DNA from: a virus
IMG/VR virus record: IMGVR_UViG_3300034063_000636
Coordinates: 1-64,000 of that record
DNA length: 64,000 nucleotides
Reading direction: 5' to 3' (one strand)
The notes beneath the pieces are model-generated. The model was not told the DNA's origin and searched no databases. It was given only the letters and a program-made list of their open reading frames with translations. Of the stretch, positions 35,126 to 43,608 are shown one piece after another; position 1 is the first letter of the stretch; the number at the start of each line of letters is the position of its first letter. Both the position numbers and the translations under genes were made by a program.

Positions 35126-36025
35126 ATGAGTCTAGCAAATCTAAAGAACAAGAGTTCTTCTCTTGATAAGTTGAAGAAGGCAGTTGAGCAATCCTCTGCT
35201 GGTAACGGTGGTGGCAAGAACGTTGATGAGCGTTTTTGGCAACCAGAAGTTGACGCTGCTGGCAACGGATACGCAGTTATCCGTTTCCTCGATACGCCAG
35301 CCGTTGACGGTGAAGATGGTCTACCGTGGGTACAAATCTGGTCACACGGTTTCCAAGGTCCAGGTGGTTGGTACATTGAGAATTCTCTCACTACACTTGG
35401 CAAGACCGATCCTGTTTCTGAGTACAACACTGTTCTGTGGAACTCAGGTATCGAAGCAAACAAAGAAATTGCTCGCAAACAAAAGCGCAAGTTGACGTAC
35501 ATTGCAAACGTTCTTGTGATCTCTGACGCCAAGCGTCCGCAAAATGAAGGCAAGGTTTTCTTGTTCAAGTTCGGAAAGAAAATTTTCGACAAGATCAAGG
35601 AGCAACTTGAGCCGCAGTTTGCTGATGAGACTCCAATGAATCCGTTTGACTTCTGGAAGGGTGCGAACTTCAAGGTCAAGATTCGTAACGTCGAAGGCTA
35701 TCGCAACTATGACAAGTCGGAGTTTGAGGCTCCTGCTGCATTGTTGAATGGTGATGATGCGAAGATTGAGCAGGTTTGGAAGTCTGCATATTCACTCAAG
35801 GATTTCCTGAAGCCTGAAAACTTCAAGACCTATGATGAACTTAAAGCGAAGTTGGACAAGGTTCTTGGTGCTGGTGGCGTGTCTGGCGCAACCGCCAAGC
35901 GAGTTGATGATGAGGAAGCAGCCGCTCCTGTCATTCGCTCTGCTCCAGCCAAGAAAGTAACTGCTGAAGAAGTCAGCGTCGATGATGACGATATGGCATT
36001 CTTCGAGAAACTTGCTGCTGAGTAA
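35126..36025 (+). CDS. gp32: single-stranded DNA-binding protein
   Basis: DERFW.P..D..GNG.AVIRFL, WYIEN..TT.G..DPV, FGKKI, GANF..K, NYD.S.F, acidic tail. Confidence 0.96.
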   Translation: MSLANLKNKSSSLDKLKKAVEQSSAGNGGGKNVDERFWQPEVDAAGNGYAVIRFLDTPAVDGEDGLPWVQIWSHGFQGPGGWYIENSLTTLGKTDPVSEYNTVLWNSGIEANKEIARKQKRKLTYIANVLVISDAKRPQNEGKVFLFKFGKKIFDKIKEQLEPQFADETPMNPFDFWKGANFKVKIRNVEGYRNYDKSEFEAPAALLNGDDAKIEQVWKSAYSLKDFLKPENFKTYDELKAKLDKVLGAGGVSGATAKRVDDEEAAAPVIRSAPAKKVTAEEVSVDDDDMAFFEKLAAE

Positions 36026-36053
36026 TTTCGATTAGAAAACCGTAGATGTTTTC

Positions 36054-36078
36054 AGGGGGACTTCGGTCCCCTTTTTTT
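36054..36078 (+). terminator. intrinsic terminator (cUUCGg) between convergent genes
   Basis: GGGGGAC-TTCG-GTCCCCTTTTTTT. Confidence 0.85.
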
Positions 36079-37429
36079 ATCTTCCATAACCAATGTATTG
36101 TGGGTGATTAGAGTCTGCACCAGCAAGACGATTGAAAGTATTTTCGTTACTGAATACTCTTTCAGTTTTTGCGTCTGCTGCCTTTGCAGTGATTGTTCTA
36201 TTGTTATTGATTACAATTGGTGCTGACGATTTCTTTTCTTCTGTTGAACTCTTATAATCATCAAGCATTTCTGAGAAAGCATCTAAATCGTCTTTCTCTT
36301 TCTTAGCATTTAAAATTTGTTGTGTGTCAGATGTAATTGGGTTCATCGAAGATTCATCTAAATCTGCTGCAGATGATTCTTCGAGCGATGCATCATATTC
36401 ATTTTCTCGCATCTTGACTTGTTTTAAAATTTCTCCTGCATTATCTCCGCCATAAAAGTCAGCATACAATCGTTTAAATCTTTCCCATGGGTTATTACTT
36501 TCCTCTTCTTCATTTTTTTCTTTCATATCACTAACATCTTTATACACTTTTTTACAATATGATTCTTCTTCTCGTTTCCCACTTACTAAGATATCTTCTA
36601 TATCTTCTTCGTCAGTCAATCCCTCAACATCAATGCTTTCAATTTCTTCAGAAAGATCATCGATATTTTCGTCTTGGGTTTTTCCAATTACAGTAATATC
36701 CTCAATCTCATCATAGATGTCATCTAGAGTATCATCTTGCGTCTTACCAATGACTTTTATTTCTTCAATCTCATCATATATGTTATCTAACGTTTCATTG
36801 AATTTGTCATTAATGTATGATGGTGTAGGTTGCTCTGTGTCATCAGTCGGTGTTTGAACAAAATCTTGTTCTACTAATGAATCTATAATTGGTTGAACAA
36901 ATGGTTCAACTTGTGTTTGTTCTAGAACTGGTTCTTCCTGCGCACTATTTGGCTGAATGTTTTGCAGAAAGTCCCACGTACCATCATTGAAATTGAAATC
37001 TAAACCTTCCAATCCAGCTAATGTTCCAGTGTCTGTTGTTGACAATGCAGCTGCAGCATTTTGCATTGTTGGATCTTGTGCACCAGAATTAAAGGTTTTT
37101 CTCATTGCCTCTTGAATGTCCTCTAAATTAGAGAACGATTGAGGCATTTGACTCGGGTCAAATTGAATGTCTTGTTTTGAATATGTTGGTTCTTCAGCCT
37201 TCTCTGGCATCTCACCCAACCTTTCGTCGATTGCAGATGAAATCATATCGTTGATCATCTTTGTGTCTGTACCAACCGCATCTTTCATCATTTGAGATGC
37301 ATCAGGCTTAAACATGTCAACTAGATCAGCTGATGCAAACGTTCCGCCACCAAATCGTTTGGCAAATCCGTTTTTTAACTGATCACCTTTTTTTGCAAAA
37401 GGAGACATAAATTCTGATCGATCAATCAT
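36077..37429 (-). CDS. acidic baseplate-hub/tape-measure (gp29-position) protein with internal 21-aa repeats
   Basis: lies downstream of gp26/gp51; APIVINNN C-terminal motif; function from synteny only. Confidence 0.55.
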   Translation of the reverse strand: MIDRSEFMSPFAKKGDQLKNGFAKRFGGGTFASADLVDMFKPDASQMMKDAVGTDTKMINDMISSAIDERLGEMPEKAEEPTYSKQDIQFDPSQMPQSFSNLEDIQEAMRKTFNSGAQDPTMQNAAAALSTTDTGTLAGLEGLDFNFNDGTWDFLQNIQPNSAQEEPVLEQTQVEPFVQPIIDSLVEQDFVQTPTDDTEQPTPSYINDKFNETLDNIYDEIEEIKVIGKTQDDTLDDIYDEIEDITVIGKTQDENIDDLSEEIESIDVEGLTDEEDIEDILVSGKREEESYCKKVYKDVSDMKEKNEEEESNNPWERFKRLYADFYGGDNAGEILKQVKMRENEYDASLEESSAADLDESSMNPITSDTQQILNAKKEKDDLDAFSEMLDDYKSSTEEKKSSAPIVINNNRTITAKAADAKTERVFSNENTFNRLAGADSNHPQYIGYGR

Positions 37430-37587
37430 TTATTCTTTCTCTGTAATTGTCGTTCTCTTATCTTATCATTTTCTTCTTTCACATGTTGCGCCACTAATGC
37501 AACATATGTCGCTCTTTCCCACGGGAGCATATTTTCGAGTTCACTTAAACTATATCCATGATGCTGCATTAATGCAAAATTAGTCAT
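37426..37587 (-). CDS. gp51: baseplate hub assembly catalyst; not in ORF track; frame open upstream to the gp26 slippery site
   Basis: YYMTNFALMQHHGYSLSELENMLPWER..YV.L...H.KEEN. Confidence 0.88.
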   Translation of the reverse strand: MTNFALMQHHGYSLSELENMLPWERATYVALVAQHVKEENDKIRERQLQRKNK

Positions 37588-37619
37588 ATAATATGTTTTC
37601 AAACTCTCATTACGAAGGC

Positions 37620-38342
37620 TTATACGAAAAAATCGAGGAGACCCTCCAGTTTGATGGTATGGTTTCTATCACACTTACCACAAACTAATTCATTCTTATA
37701 TCTTAACATTGGCATCTCTAAGAAAAAGTTTTTAATTTTCTTGAATTGCTCAGTGGTTAAATTGTTTATGAATTCATCAAACTCGCCTTGTTGCATCTCA
37801 TTAATATTATACACCTGATTCTCATCGTAAAGATACTCAGTACATTGCTTGATAATTTCTGTTGGAGCATCTTTTGTGTTGAGTTTCTCAACTAATACTT
37901 TAGAGATTTCTATTGTCGGATATCTCAATTTAATTCCAACATTGCTTGTTAACGGAACCAAACTGTTTGAGGGTTTATGTTCATATGCAACTTTAAGTAA
38001 GTCAATATCAAGCTGCATCTTTCCTTTACACTTCTTATTCTTATCCACAATATTTTCACAAACGTATTCTAATGAAACAATTTCTCCAATTGATCTTGCT
38101 CGTAGATTCAAGAACAAATATTCAATCTCATATAATGGTAAAGACTCAACATCTATCTGATCAACAACACAATTGTTGACAATTTGTTTAATTGCATCAA
38201 GACTTGTCTCATAATCTCTGGACTCTAAAGCCATCAAAAGAATTTTTTCTTCTTTGACAACAAAAGGGCGAAAGGTTATGTCTTTGCCTAGAGATTCTAG
38301 TTTAAGTTTAAATGTTGGTAAATCAATTTTTGGTATAGCCAT
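37620..38342 (-). CDS. gp26: baseplate hub assembly chaperone
   Basis: FRPF.VKEEK.LL.A.E, D/EIEY.FL.LR..S.GE, KLRYP, F...MP.L, LEGL.DFF. Confidence 0.9.
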   Translation of the reverse strand: MAIPKIDLPTFKLKLESLGKDITFRPFVVKEEKILLMALESRDYETSLDAIKQIVNNCVVDQIDVESLPLYEIEYLFLNLRARSIGEIVSLEYVCENIVDKNKKCKGKMQLDIDLLKVAYEHKPSNSLVPLTSNVGIKLRYPTIEISKVLVEKLNTKDAPTEIIKQCTEYLYDENQVYNINEMQQGEFDEFINNLTTEQFKKIKNFFLEMPMLRYKNELVCGKCDRNHTIKLEGLLDFFV

Positions 38343-38356
38343 AAATCACTCCATAG

Positions 38357-39145
38357 TTATCGTGGGTCGACGTTTCTTCTTCCTCGACCCACCACATCAA
38401 TGCTCGTCAAGACTTCTCTGTCACTTGTTGTTCCTCTGACATCAATATCTGTCAAAACCTCATTTCCATCACCAGTTCTTCCAACAACATCGATACCAGT
38501 AAGAACTTCTCTGTCTGCTGCTCTTCCAACGACCTCAATATCTTCAAGGACTTCTGGTGCCTCGTTATCATTTCGTTCATATCGGTCTGCATTGAAACTT
38601 CTCCAGTAACGATATGAGAAGTTGACATCTATTCTTACTGCTTCTTGCTCAGCCCATGATCCCTTTACTTCACTCACAGCAATCGGAAATACTTCATATA
38701 ATCTCACTCCATATGAAATCCTATTTCCATCTTCGGAGATTTGATACACATCAATTTCTCCGATGTAATCATCTCTATATCTAAAGTCGAATTTATTTTC
38801 TTTTGGATTGATATAATTCAACCAAGCATCAAAGAAGGTTTTTTGACGCATATCATCATCAACTAAGAATGTGGTTGAGACATCTTTATACTCAGAACGA
38901 ACTGGGATGTTCATTTTTGGTCCACCCAAGTAAAGATCGTTTGTGAGTATCTCATATCCTGGAATCAAAACAGACTCAGCATAGTATGTGAGATAATTAT
39001 CTTTATTTTTATAATTCAGAATGTTGACTAGTTCTGTTGGTGGCTTGATTACAATGGCAATCTTATTGAGTCGTGAAAATCCGCTCTTTCGAACCTCTGA
39101 GAGAAAGTTGTTGATGTTTAGTGTTTTTCTTGGATTGAGCGCCAT
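38357..39145 (-). CDS. gp54: baseplate tail-tube initiator (gp54/gp19-like) with C-terminal repeat extension
   Basis: ES..IPG, TF.VD.D...K.FFD.W...I, Y.DDY...I...Q, L.E.FP..V, V.FSYRYW. Confidence 0.75.
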   Translation of the reverse strand: MALNPRKTLNINNFLSEVRKSGFSRLNKIAIVIKPPTELVNILNYKNKDNYLTYYAESVLIPGYEILTNDLYLGGPKMNIPVRSEYKDVSTTFLVDDDMRQKTFFDAWLNYINPKENKFDFRYRDDYIGEIDVYQISEDGNRISYGVRLYEVFPIAVSEVKGSWAEQEAVRIDVNFSYRYWRSFNADRYERNDNEAPEVLEDIEVVGRAADREVLTGIDVVGRTGDGNEVLTDIDVRGTTSDREVLTSIDVVGRGRRNVDPR

Positions 39146-39696
39146 TAACCAAAACTCCTCATTCGTTCAACTGGAAGAAATACTGCAGTCTCCCAGAAGT
39201 TTGGTTCTACATATATCAGTGGTGAAACTAGTTGATCATAAAGATATCTTCTATAGCAACTTCGAACAGCACCAGAGAATTGGCTCATGTTGGATAGGAG
39301 ATCATAGGACAATAAAAATCTTGTAGAATCGTCATATTTATCGTTGTTTAAGAACATCGACAATCCATCCAGAATACTCATTCTTTCTCCTGGACCTAGA
39401 AAGTGTAGATTGATGCCAGCGAACCCATCACCATCTACAACCATTGGAAGAACTAGAGGAAATTCATCCCATTGCGAGAGTCTTTCTTTTGTGAGTGGAT
39501 CATATCGAAAGAAGAACATTCTTCCAACTGCAGCGAATGCAGTAACTCGCTTTGCATCGTTCAGAATATTAGATCTATTGGATGGAATTGAGGCTTTGGC
39601 TACCATGCCTTGTATGAACTTTTTGGCTTCTTCAGTTCTTGGCTTGATCCCTTTCTTTGCCATTCCCTTTTCAATTTTTTCGAGTAGTGCTCCCAT
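39145..39696 (-). CDS. gp2: DNA end protector protein
   Basis: GRMFFF.YDP..K..L..WD.FPLV, GINLH.L, C.R.YL, W..A.FLP. Confidence 0.9.
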   Translation of the reverse strand: MGALLEKIEKGMAKKGIKPRTEEAKKFIQGMVAKASIPSNRSNILNDAKRVTAFAAVGRMFFFRYDPLTKERLSQWDEFPLVLPMVVDGDGFAGINLHFLGPGERMSILDGLSMFLNNDKYDDSTRFLLSYDLLSNMSQFSGAVRSCYRRYLYDQLVSPLIYVEPNFWETAVFLPVERMRSFG

Positions 39697-40130
39697 CAGA
39701 TTCCTAATTCATCCTCTGTGATTAGACTAAATCTCCATTTTCTATCCATACAGTATTCATTTGCTGCCTTCCACTTTGCTTCGTTCACACCCCAAGTTGC
39801 AACTTCTTGGATGTATTGCTTTGTGATACGACTCTTTGGTTTAGGAGGAGATGCTTGACTCTTTGGCTTAACTTCTAGAATCATACTTTCTTCTAGACCA
39901 TTTCTATTCTTAACTTTCACGAAAAAGTCTGGAAAGTACCGATGCCATCTTCCATCTACTGGGGATAAATAAGGAATAACGATCTCTTCGTTCGACCATC
40001 CGATTACACTTGGATTTTCATCCAGATGCACCATGACTCGGCGTTCCCATAACGATCGATACCAAATGTTCGTATGGTCACCTAAATATTTACTGATGTT
40101 TTTCGGACTGTATTTGCCGCTGTATGCCAT
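39696..40130 (-). CDS. gp4: head completion nuclease
   Basis: Y.GKY.P.N..KY.GD, YRSLWE, W.NEE..IPY, HRYFPDF, EVKP, N.AKW.AA..YC. Confidence 0.92.
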   Translation of the reverse strand: MAYSGKYSPKNISKYLGDHTNIWYRSLWERRVMVHLDENPSVIGWSNEEIVIPYLSPVDGRWHRYFPDFFVKVKNRNGLEESMILEVKPKSQASPPKPKSRITKQYIQEVATWGVNEAKWKAANEYCMDRKWRFSLITEDELGI

Positions 40131-40134
40131 CAAT

Positions 40135-40142
40135 TATTTATA
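40135..40142 (-). promoter_or_regulatory. T4-type late promoter for the gp4 operon
   Basis: TATAAATA on the minus strand, 4 nt before the gp4 ATG. Confidence 0.7.
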
Positions 40143-40152
40143 GGAAATCTCA

Positions 40153-41352
40153 ATGACCGAAGTATTAGAGAACATCGACGTCATAGGTCGACGACCTGGA
40201 GTCGATCGAAGAGGCGATGAAGTCTTGACAGATATTAATGTCATTGGAAGAACTCCTGGTTCTGCTCCGCGAGATGCAGAACTTTTAGAAGGCATCGATG
40301 TAATTGGAAGATCTAGATCAAAATCTGAACCAAAGCATTTAAGATATCCACTTAATATGACTGATCCGAGTGGTGGTTTTAAGAATGCAGTTCGTTTCGT
40401 TGCATATGCACAGCGCAGATCGTTCCTAGATGACCCAAATGAAACACCATCTTTTAAAAATCCGCCAGATCAATTTGATCCTGGAAGACCAAGAAAGTTT
40501 CCTGTAACTCAAGGTGCGTTTAATACTTCTTTTTTGTTTAGAAGTTCACTAGTTCAATCTTCTAAATTTAATATCGGTACAGTTACAGAAGATTTGATTG
40601 GAATTGGAGCAAATGGAATCGAATTTTTTACTGGTGGTCGCGACATTTCCTATGGACAAAGAACAGTTGAATTAGACAGTTCAATCACTTTGTATATGCC
40701 TGATACAGTAATCAATCAAGACAAACATGATTATCAATCAATTTCTATTAATCAGGCTTCAGGTAGAGCAGGACTATATTCCGCAGGATTTCCTGCTGCT
40801 TTAGGTGGACTTGGATCTGCTTTAGGAAGAACAGAAGTATTTGCAGAGCTGGCTGGAAGAGCAGGAATATTTGGGACACGATCAACTGAAGCGATTCTAT
40901 CAGGACTCGGTTATGCATTAAATCCGATGCTTGAAATGACATACGGTGGAACGCAACCAAGATCCTTCTTGTTCCAATTTAGATTTGCTCCAAGAAATTT
41001 AAAAGAAGCAGAAGAAGTTAAGAAAATCATTAAGACCTTCAGATTCCATTCACACTCTGAGAATGCTGGTGGACAGGGCACAGCTGCAGAAGGTAGCGGA
41101 ACTCGATATTTGGTTCCACCAAATCATTTCGAAATTCAGTTCCTTCGTAGAGATAGCACAGGAAAATTTGTAGAAAATTTAGCGATGCCTAGAGTTACGA
41201 CATGCATGATAGCCTCGATCAACACAAACTATGCAGCGCAGTTAGATACCTTTGCAACACACCAAGACGGCACTCCAGTTTCTATAAGCCTTGATCTTGA
41301 ATTTATAGAAAGCGTCGTTCTCACTAAAAACGATATTAAGAACGGTTACTAA
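40153..41352 (+). CDS. gp48: baseplate tail-tube cap with N-terminal repeat extension
   Basis: LRYP, I.LYMP, NP..E..Y.G...RSF.F.F.F.PRN..EA..V..II..FR, P..F.I.F, L.F.E...LTK. Confidence 0.85.
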   Translation: MTEVLENIDVIGRRPGVDRRGDEVLTDINVIGRTPGSAPRDAELLEGIDVIGRSRSKSEPKHLRYPLNMTDPSGGFKNAVRFVAYAQRRSFLDDPNETPSFKNPPDQFDPGRPRKFPVTQGAFNTSFLFRSSLVQSSKFNIGTVTEDLIGIGANGIEFFTGGRDISYGQRTVELDSSITLYMPDTVINQDKHDYQSISINQASGRAGLYSAGFPAALGGLGSALGRTEVFAELAGRAGIFGTRSTEAILSGLGYALNPMLEMTYGGTQPRSFLFQFRFAPRNLKEAEEVKKIIKTFRFHSHSENAGGQGTAAEGSGTRYLVPPNHFEIQFLRRDSTGKFVENLAMPRVTTCMIASINTNYAAQLDTFATHQDGTPVSISLDLEFIESVVLTKNDIKNGY

Positions 41353-42278
41353 TGTCTTATTTCTCAAAATTTCCAAGAGTATTATACTCTATCAATAAAG
41401 AAGGAACAAATGCAAAAATTGTTCCAGATATGCTCGCTAGAGTTAAATTTATCGACTCTATTCTGTCAAATCAAAGTTTATTTTTTAAATATGAAGTAAA
41501 GGGTGAAGAAACAGCAGAGCAAATTGCGAACAGAGTTTATGGAAATCCTGAGAAACATTGGATTCTTTTTCTTGTCAATCAAATCATTGATCCTCAATTT
41601 GATTGGCCACTAGGTCCATATGACTTTGAAAAATATATCAAACAAAAGTATGGATCAATTAATGTAAGTTTGAGCACTGCGGAGTCGTATGCAACTCCAG
41701 GAACCTATTATACTGCAGGTGAGATTGTCTATCAGGGGGCATCTACTTACGATAAATCAACAGCAGATGCAACAATTGTCGCCTATGATTCAACAAATAA
41801 AGTTTTAAAATTAAAATTTCCTTCTCAGATGTTTGCAAATGGTAGCACCATTAAAGGTGTAACTGCTAACTCGGCAGCGCAAACACATACTGTTATTGCA
41901 ATCACAAACAACTTAGATGGATACCAGTGGGCTGTTAACACTGTAAGTCATTATGAAGTAACAGAGACAAAAACAAACTCAGATGATCCAACATTTTCTG
42001 AAGTCAAAAAGTATAGAATCACAGCAAATGGATTTAATTACTCAACAAATACTGTAATTGCTCTCAACACAAATACTTCTTATTCGAATACATTTAATGT
42101 TGTAAGTTCAGTGACTGGCGGAAATGCTCAAATGACAATTGCAACAACAGTTTCTCCTGTATCATATTATGATTATGAGGTTGAATTAAACGAAGAGCGA
42201 AGAAAAATTATAGTGCCACAGTCTTCAATAATCGGTGCTATTGAGAATCAATTTAGTTCATTAATGCTGGCAAAATAA
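41352..42278 (+). CDS. gp53: baseplate wedge subunit (with insertion)
   Basis: YFS.FP...Y, E..E.IA...YG....HW.L...N.I.DP.FDWP, YE.E.NE..R.I. Confidence 0.88.
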   Translation: MSYFSKFPRVLYSINKEGTNAKIVPDMLARVKFIDSILSNQSLFFKYEVKGEETAEQIANRVYGNPEKHWILFLVNQIIDPQFDWPLGPYDFEKYIKQKYGSINVSLSTAESYATPGTYYTAGEIVYQGASTYDKSTADATIVAYDSTNKVLKLKFPSQMFANGSTIKGVTANSAAQTHTVIAITNNLDGYQWAVNTVSHYEVTETKTNSDDPTFSEVKKYRITANGFNYSTNTVIALNTNTSYSNTFNVVSSVTGGNAQMTIATTVSPVSYYDYEVELNEERRKIIVPQSSIIGAIENQFSSLMLAK

Positions 42279-42279
42279 T

Positions 42280-43608
42280 ATGAAAGATGTTAATTCGAGC
42301 GGAAGATCAGCTGGTGATGGTCTGTACTCTGAGTATGATTTTTCTTTAACAGAATTAAAGTTAATCAATTGTCTTGGGGTTAACATTGACGTCGATTTCG
42401 TTTTTCAAGAAATAAATTTATACGAGGATCTGTTCAACAATGTCATCAGTGGTGATGCGACTCTTGTTGACTCAAATGATTTGCTAAACAGATTGAAGAT
42501 GCACGGAAACGAATTTATTTCTGTCGCATTTAGCACACCTGGAATGCAAAGGTATCAAAAAGTTTTTAGAATCTACAAGATAAGTGATTATACTTTGCGT
42601 GGAACATCAAATGCAACTTTTAAATTGCATTTCTGCTCTGAAGAATTCATGTTGAATCAACAATACTACATCTCCAAATCATTTAAGGAGAGTAGACTTT
42701 CAGATATTATTAAAATTATTTCTAGAAATTTTTTAAAGATTTCTCCAGAAAAACTAACCGATGATAACATCGAGCAATCAAGCCTACTAATTAATCCAGA
42801 AAAAAGTCCTCTAATTGTTCCAAACTTAAGACCATTTGAGGCTATCAATTGGATTGCATCCTTTGCAATAAATCCAAAAGATTTATCTCCTGGATACATG
42901 TTTTACGAGAACATCAATGGCTTTAATTTTGTTTCCTTGAGCAGTTTATATTCCAGACCAGCAAAGAAAACAATTTATTACTCACCAAAAAATCAAAACT
43001 TCTTAGAATCCATCGGATCAAGACATGATAAATTAGATGAGATGGAATTTAAACAAGTATTTGATGTTTTGGATAGCATGAATAATGGAGCATACGCATC
43101 TGAACTATTGAAACTTGATATTATGAATCGAACGACTGAATACGAACAGTTTGGTGTGAATCAGTCATCTCTTAAACTGTTGAATGAATATTTGCCGTAT
43201 AGTTACGCAAAAAATAGAATGGGCAATTCTTTAAATCAGGCTTCTGGTTATGTTCGCATGTTTCCTAAATTTCAAGACATGCTCACAAGTAAATGGTTAC
43301 TTTCGCGTGCTGCTCGAATAGCTCTCTTAAATAACACAAGATTGCATGTTGATCTGCCAGGGGATAGTTCGTTGTCAGTCGGCGATATTGTGAATGTCAG
43401 TTTGCCTAAAAATGATGCACAAACAGATCCAAATAATATCAAAGAAGACAATATGATGTCAGGAAGATATCTAATCACTGGAATACGTCATCAACTTATT
43501 GAAAATTATTACTATTGTCATGCAGAGCTTTGCAAAGACTCAGTGAATGTCAATATAGGATTTAACCCACAATTTAATTCTGCGTGGAATTTGGTAATTA
43601 ACTCATGA
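42280..43608 (+). CDS. baseplate hub protein (gp27/tail protein D-like)
   Basis: YEDLF...ISG....D, F.S.E, P.L.PFEAI.W, FYE...GFNF.S, PGD....VG, SG.YLIT...H; located between gp53 and gp5. Confidence 0.8.
   Translation: MKDVNSSGRSAGDGLYSEYDFSLTELKLINCLGVNIDVDFVFQEINLYEDLFNNVISGDATLVDSNDLLNRLKMHGNEFISVAFSTPGMQRYQKVFRIYKISDYTLRGTSNATFKLHFCSEEFMLNQQYYISKSFKESRLSDIIKIISRNFLKISPEKLTDDNIEQSSLLINPEKSPLIVPNLRPFEAINWIASFAINPKDLSPGYMFYENINGFNFVSLSSLYSRPAKKTIYYSPKNQNFLESIGSRHDKLDEMEFKQVFDVLDSMNNGAYASELLKLDIMNRTTEYEQFGVNQSSLKLLNEYLPYSYAKNRMGNSLNQASGYVRMFPKFQDMLTSKWLLSRAARIALLNNTRLHVDLPGDSSLSVGDIVNVSLPKNDAQTDPNNIKEDNMMSGRYLITGIRHQLIENYYYCHAELCKDSVNVNIGFNPQFNSAWNLVINS

Noticed and set aside
12994-35679. Long minus-strand ORFs (e.g. 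12994-13548, 16037-16651, 28711-29208, 35104-35679)
   Set aside because: Antisense shadows of clearly recognisable plus-strand genes.
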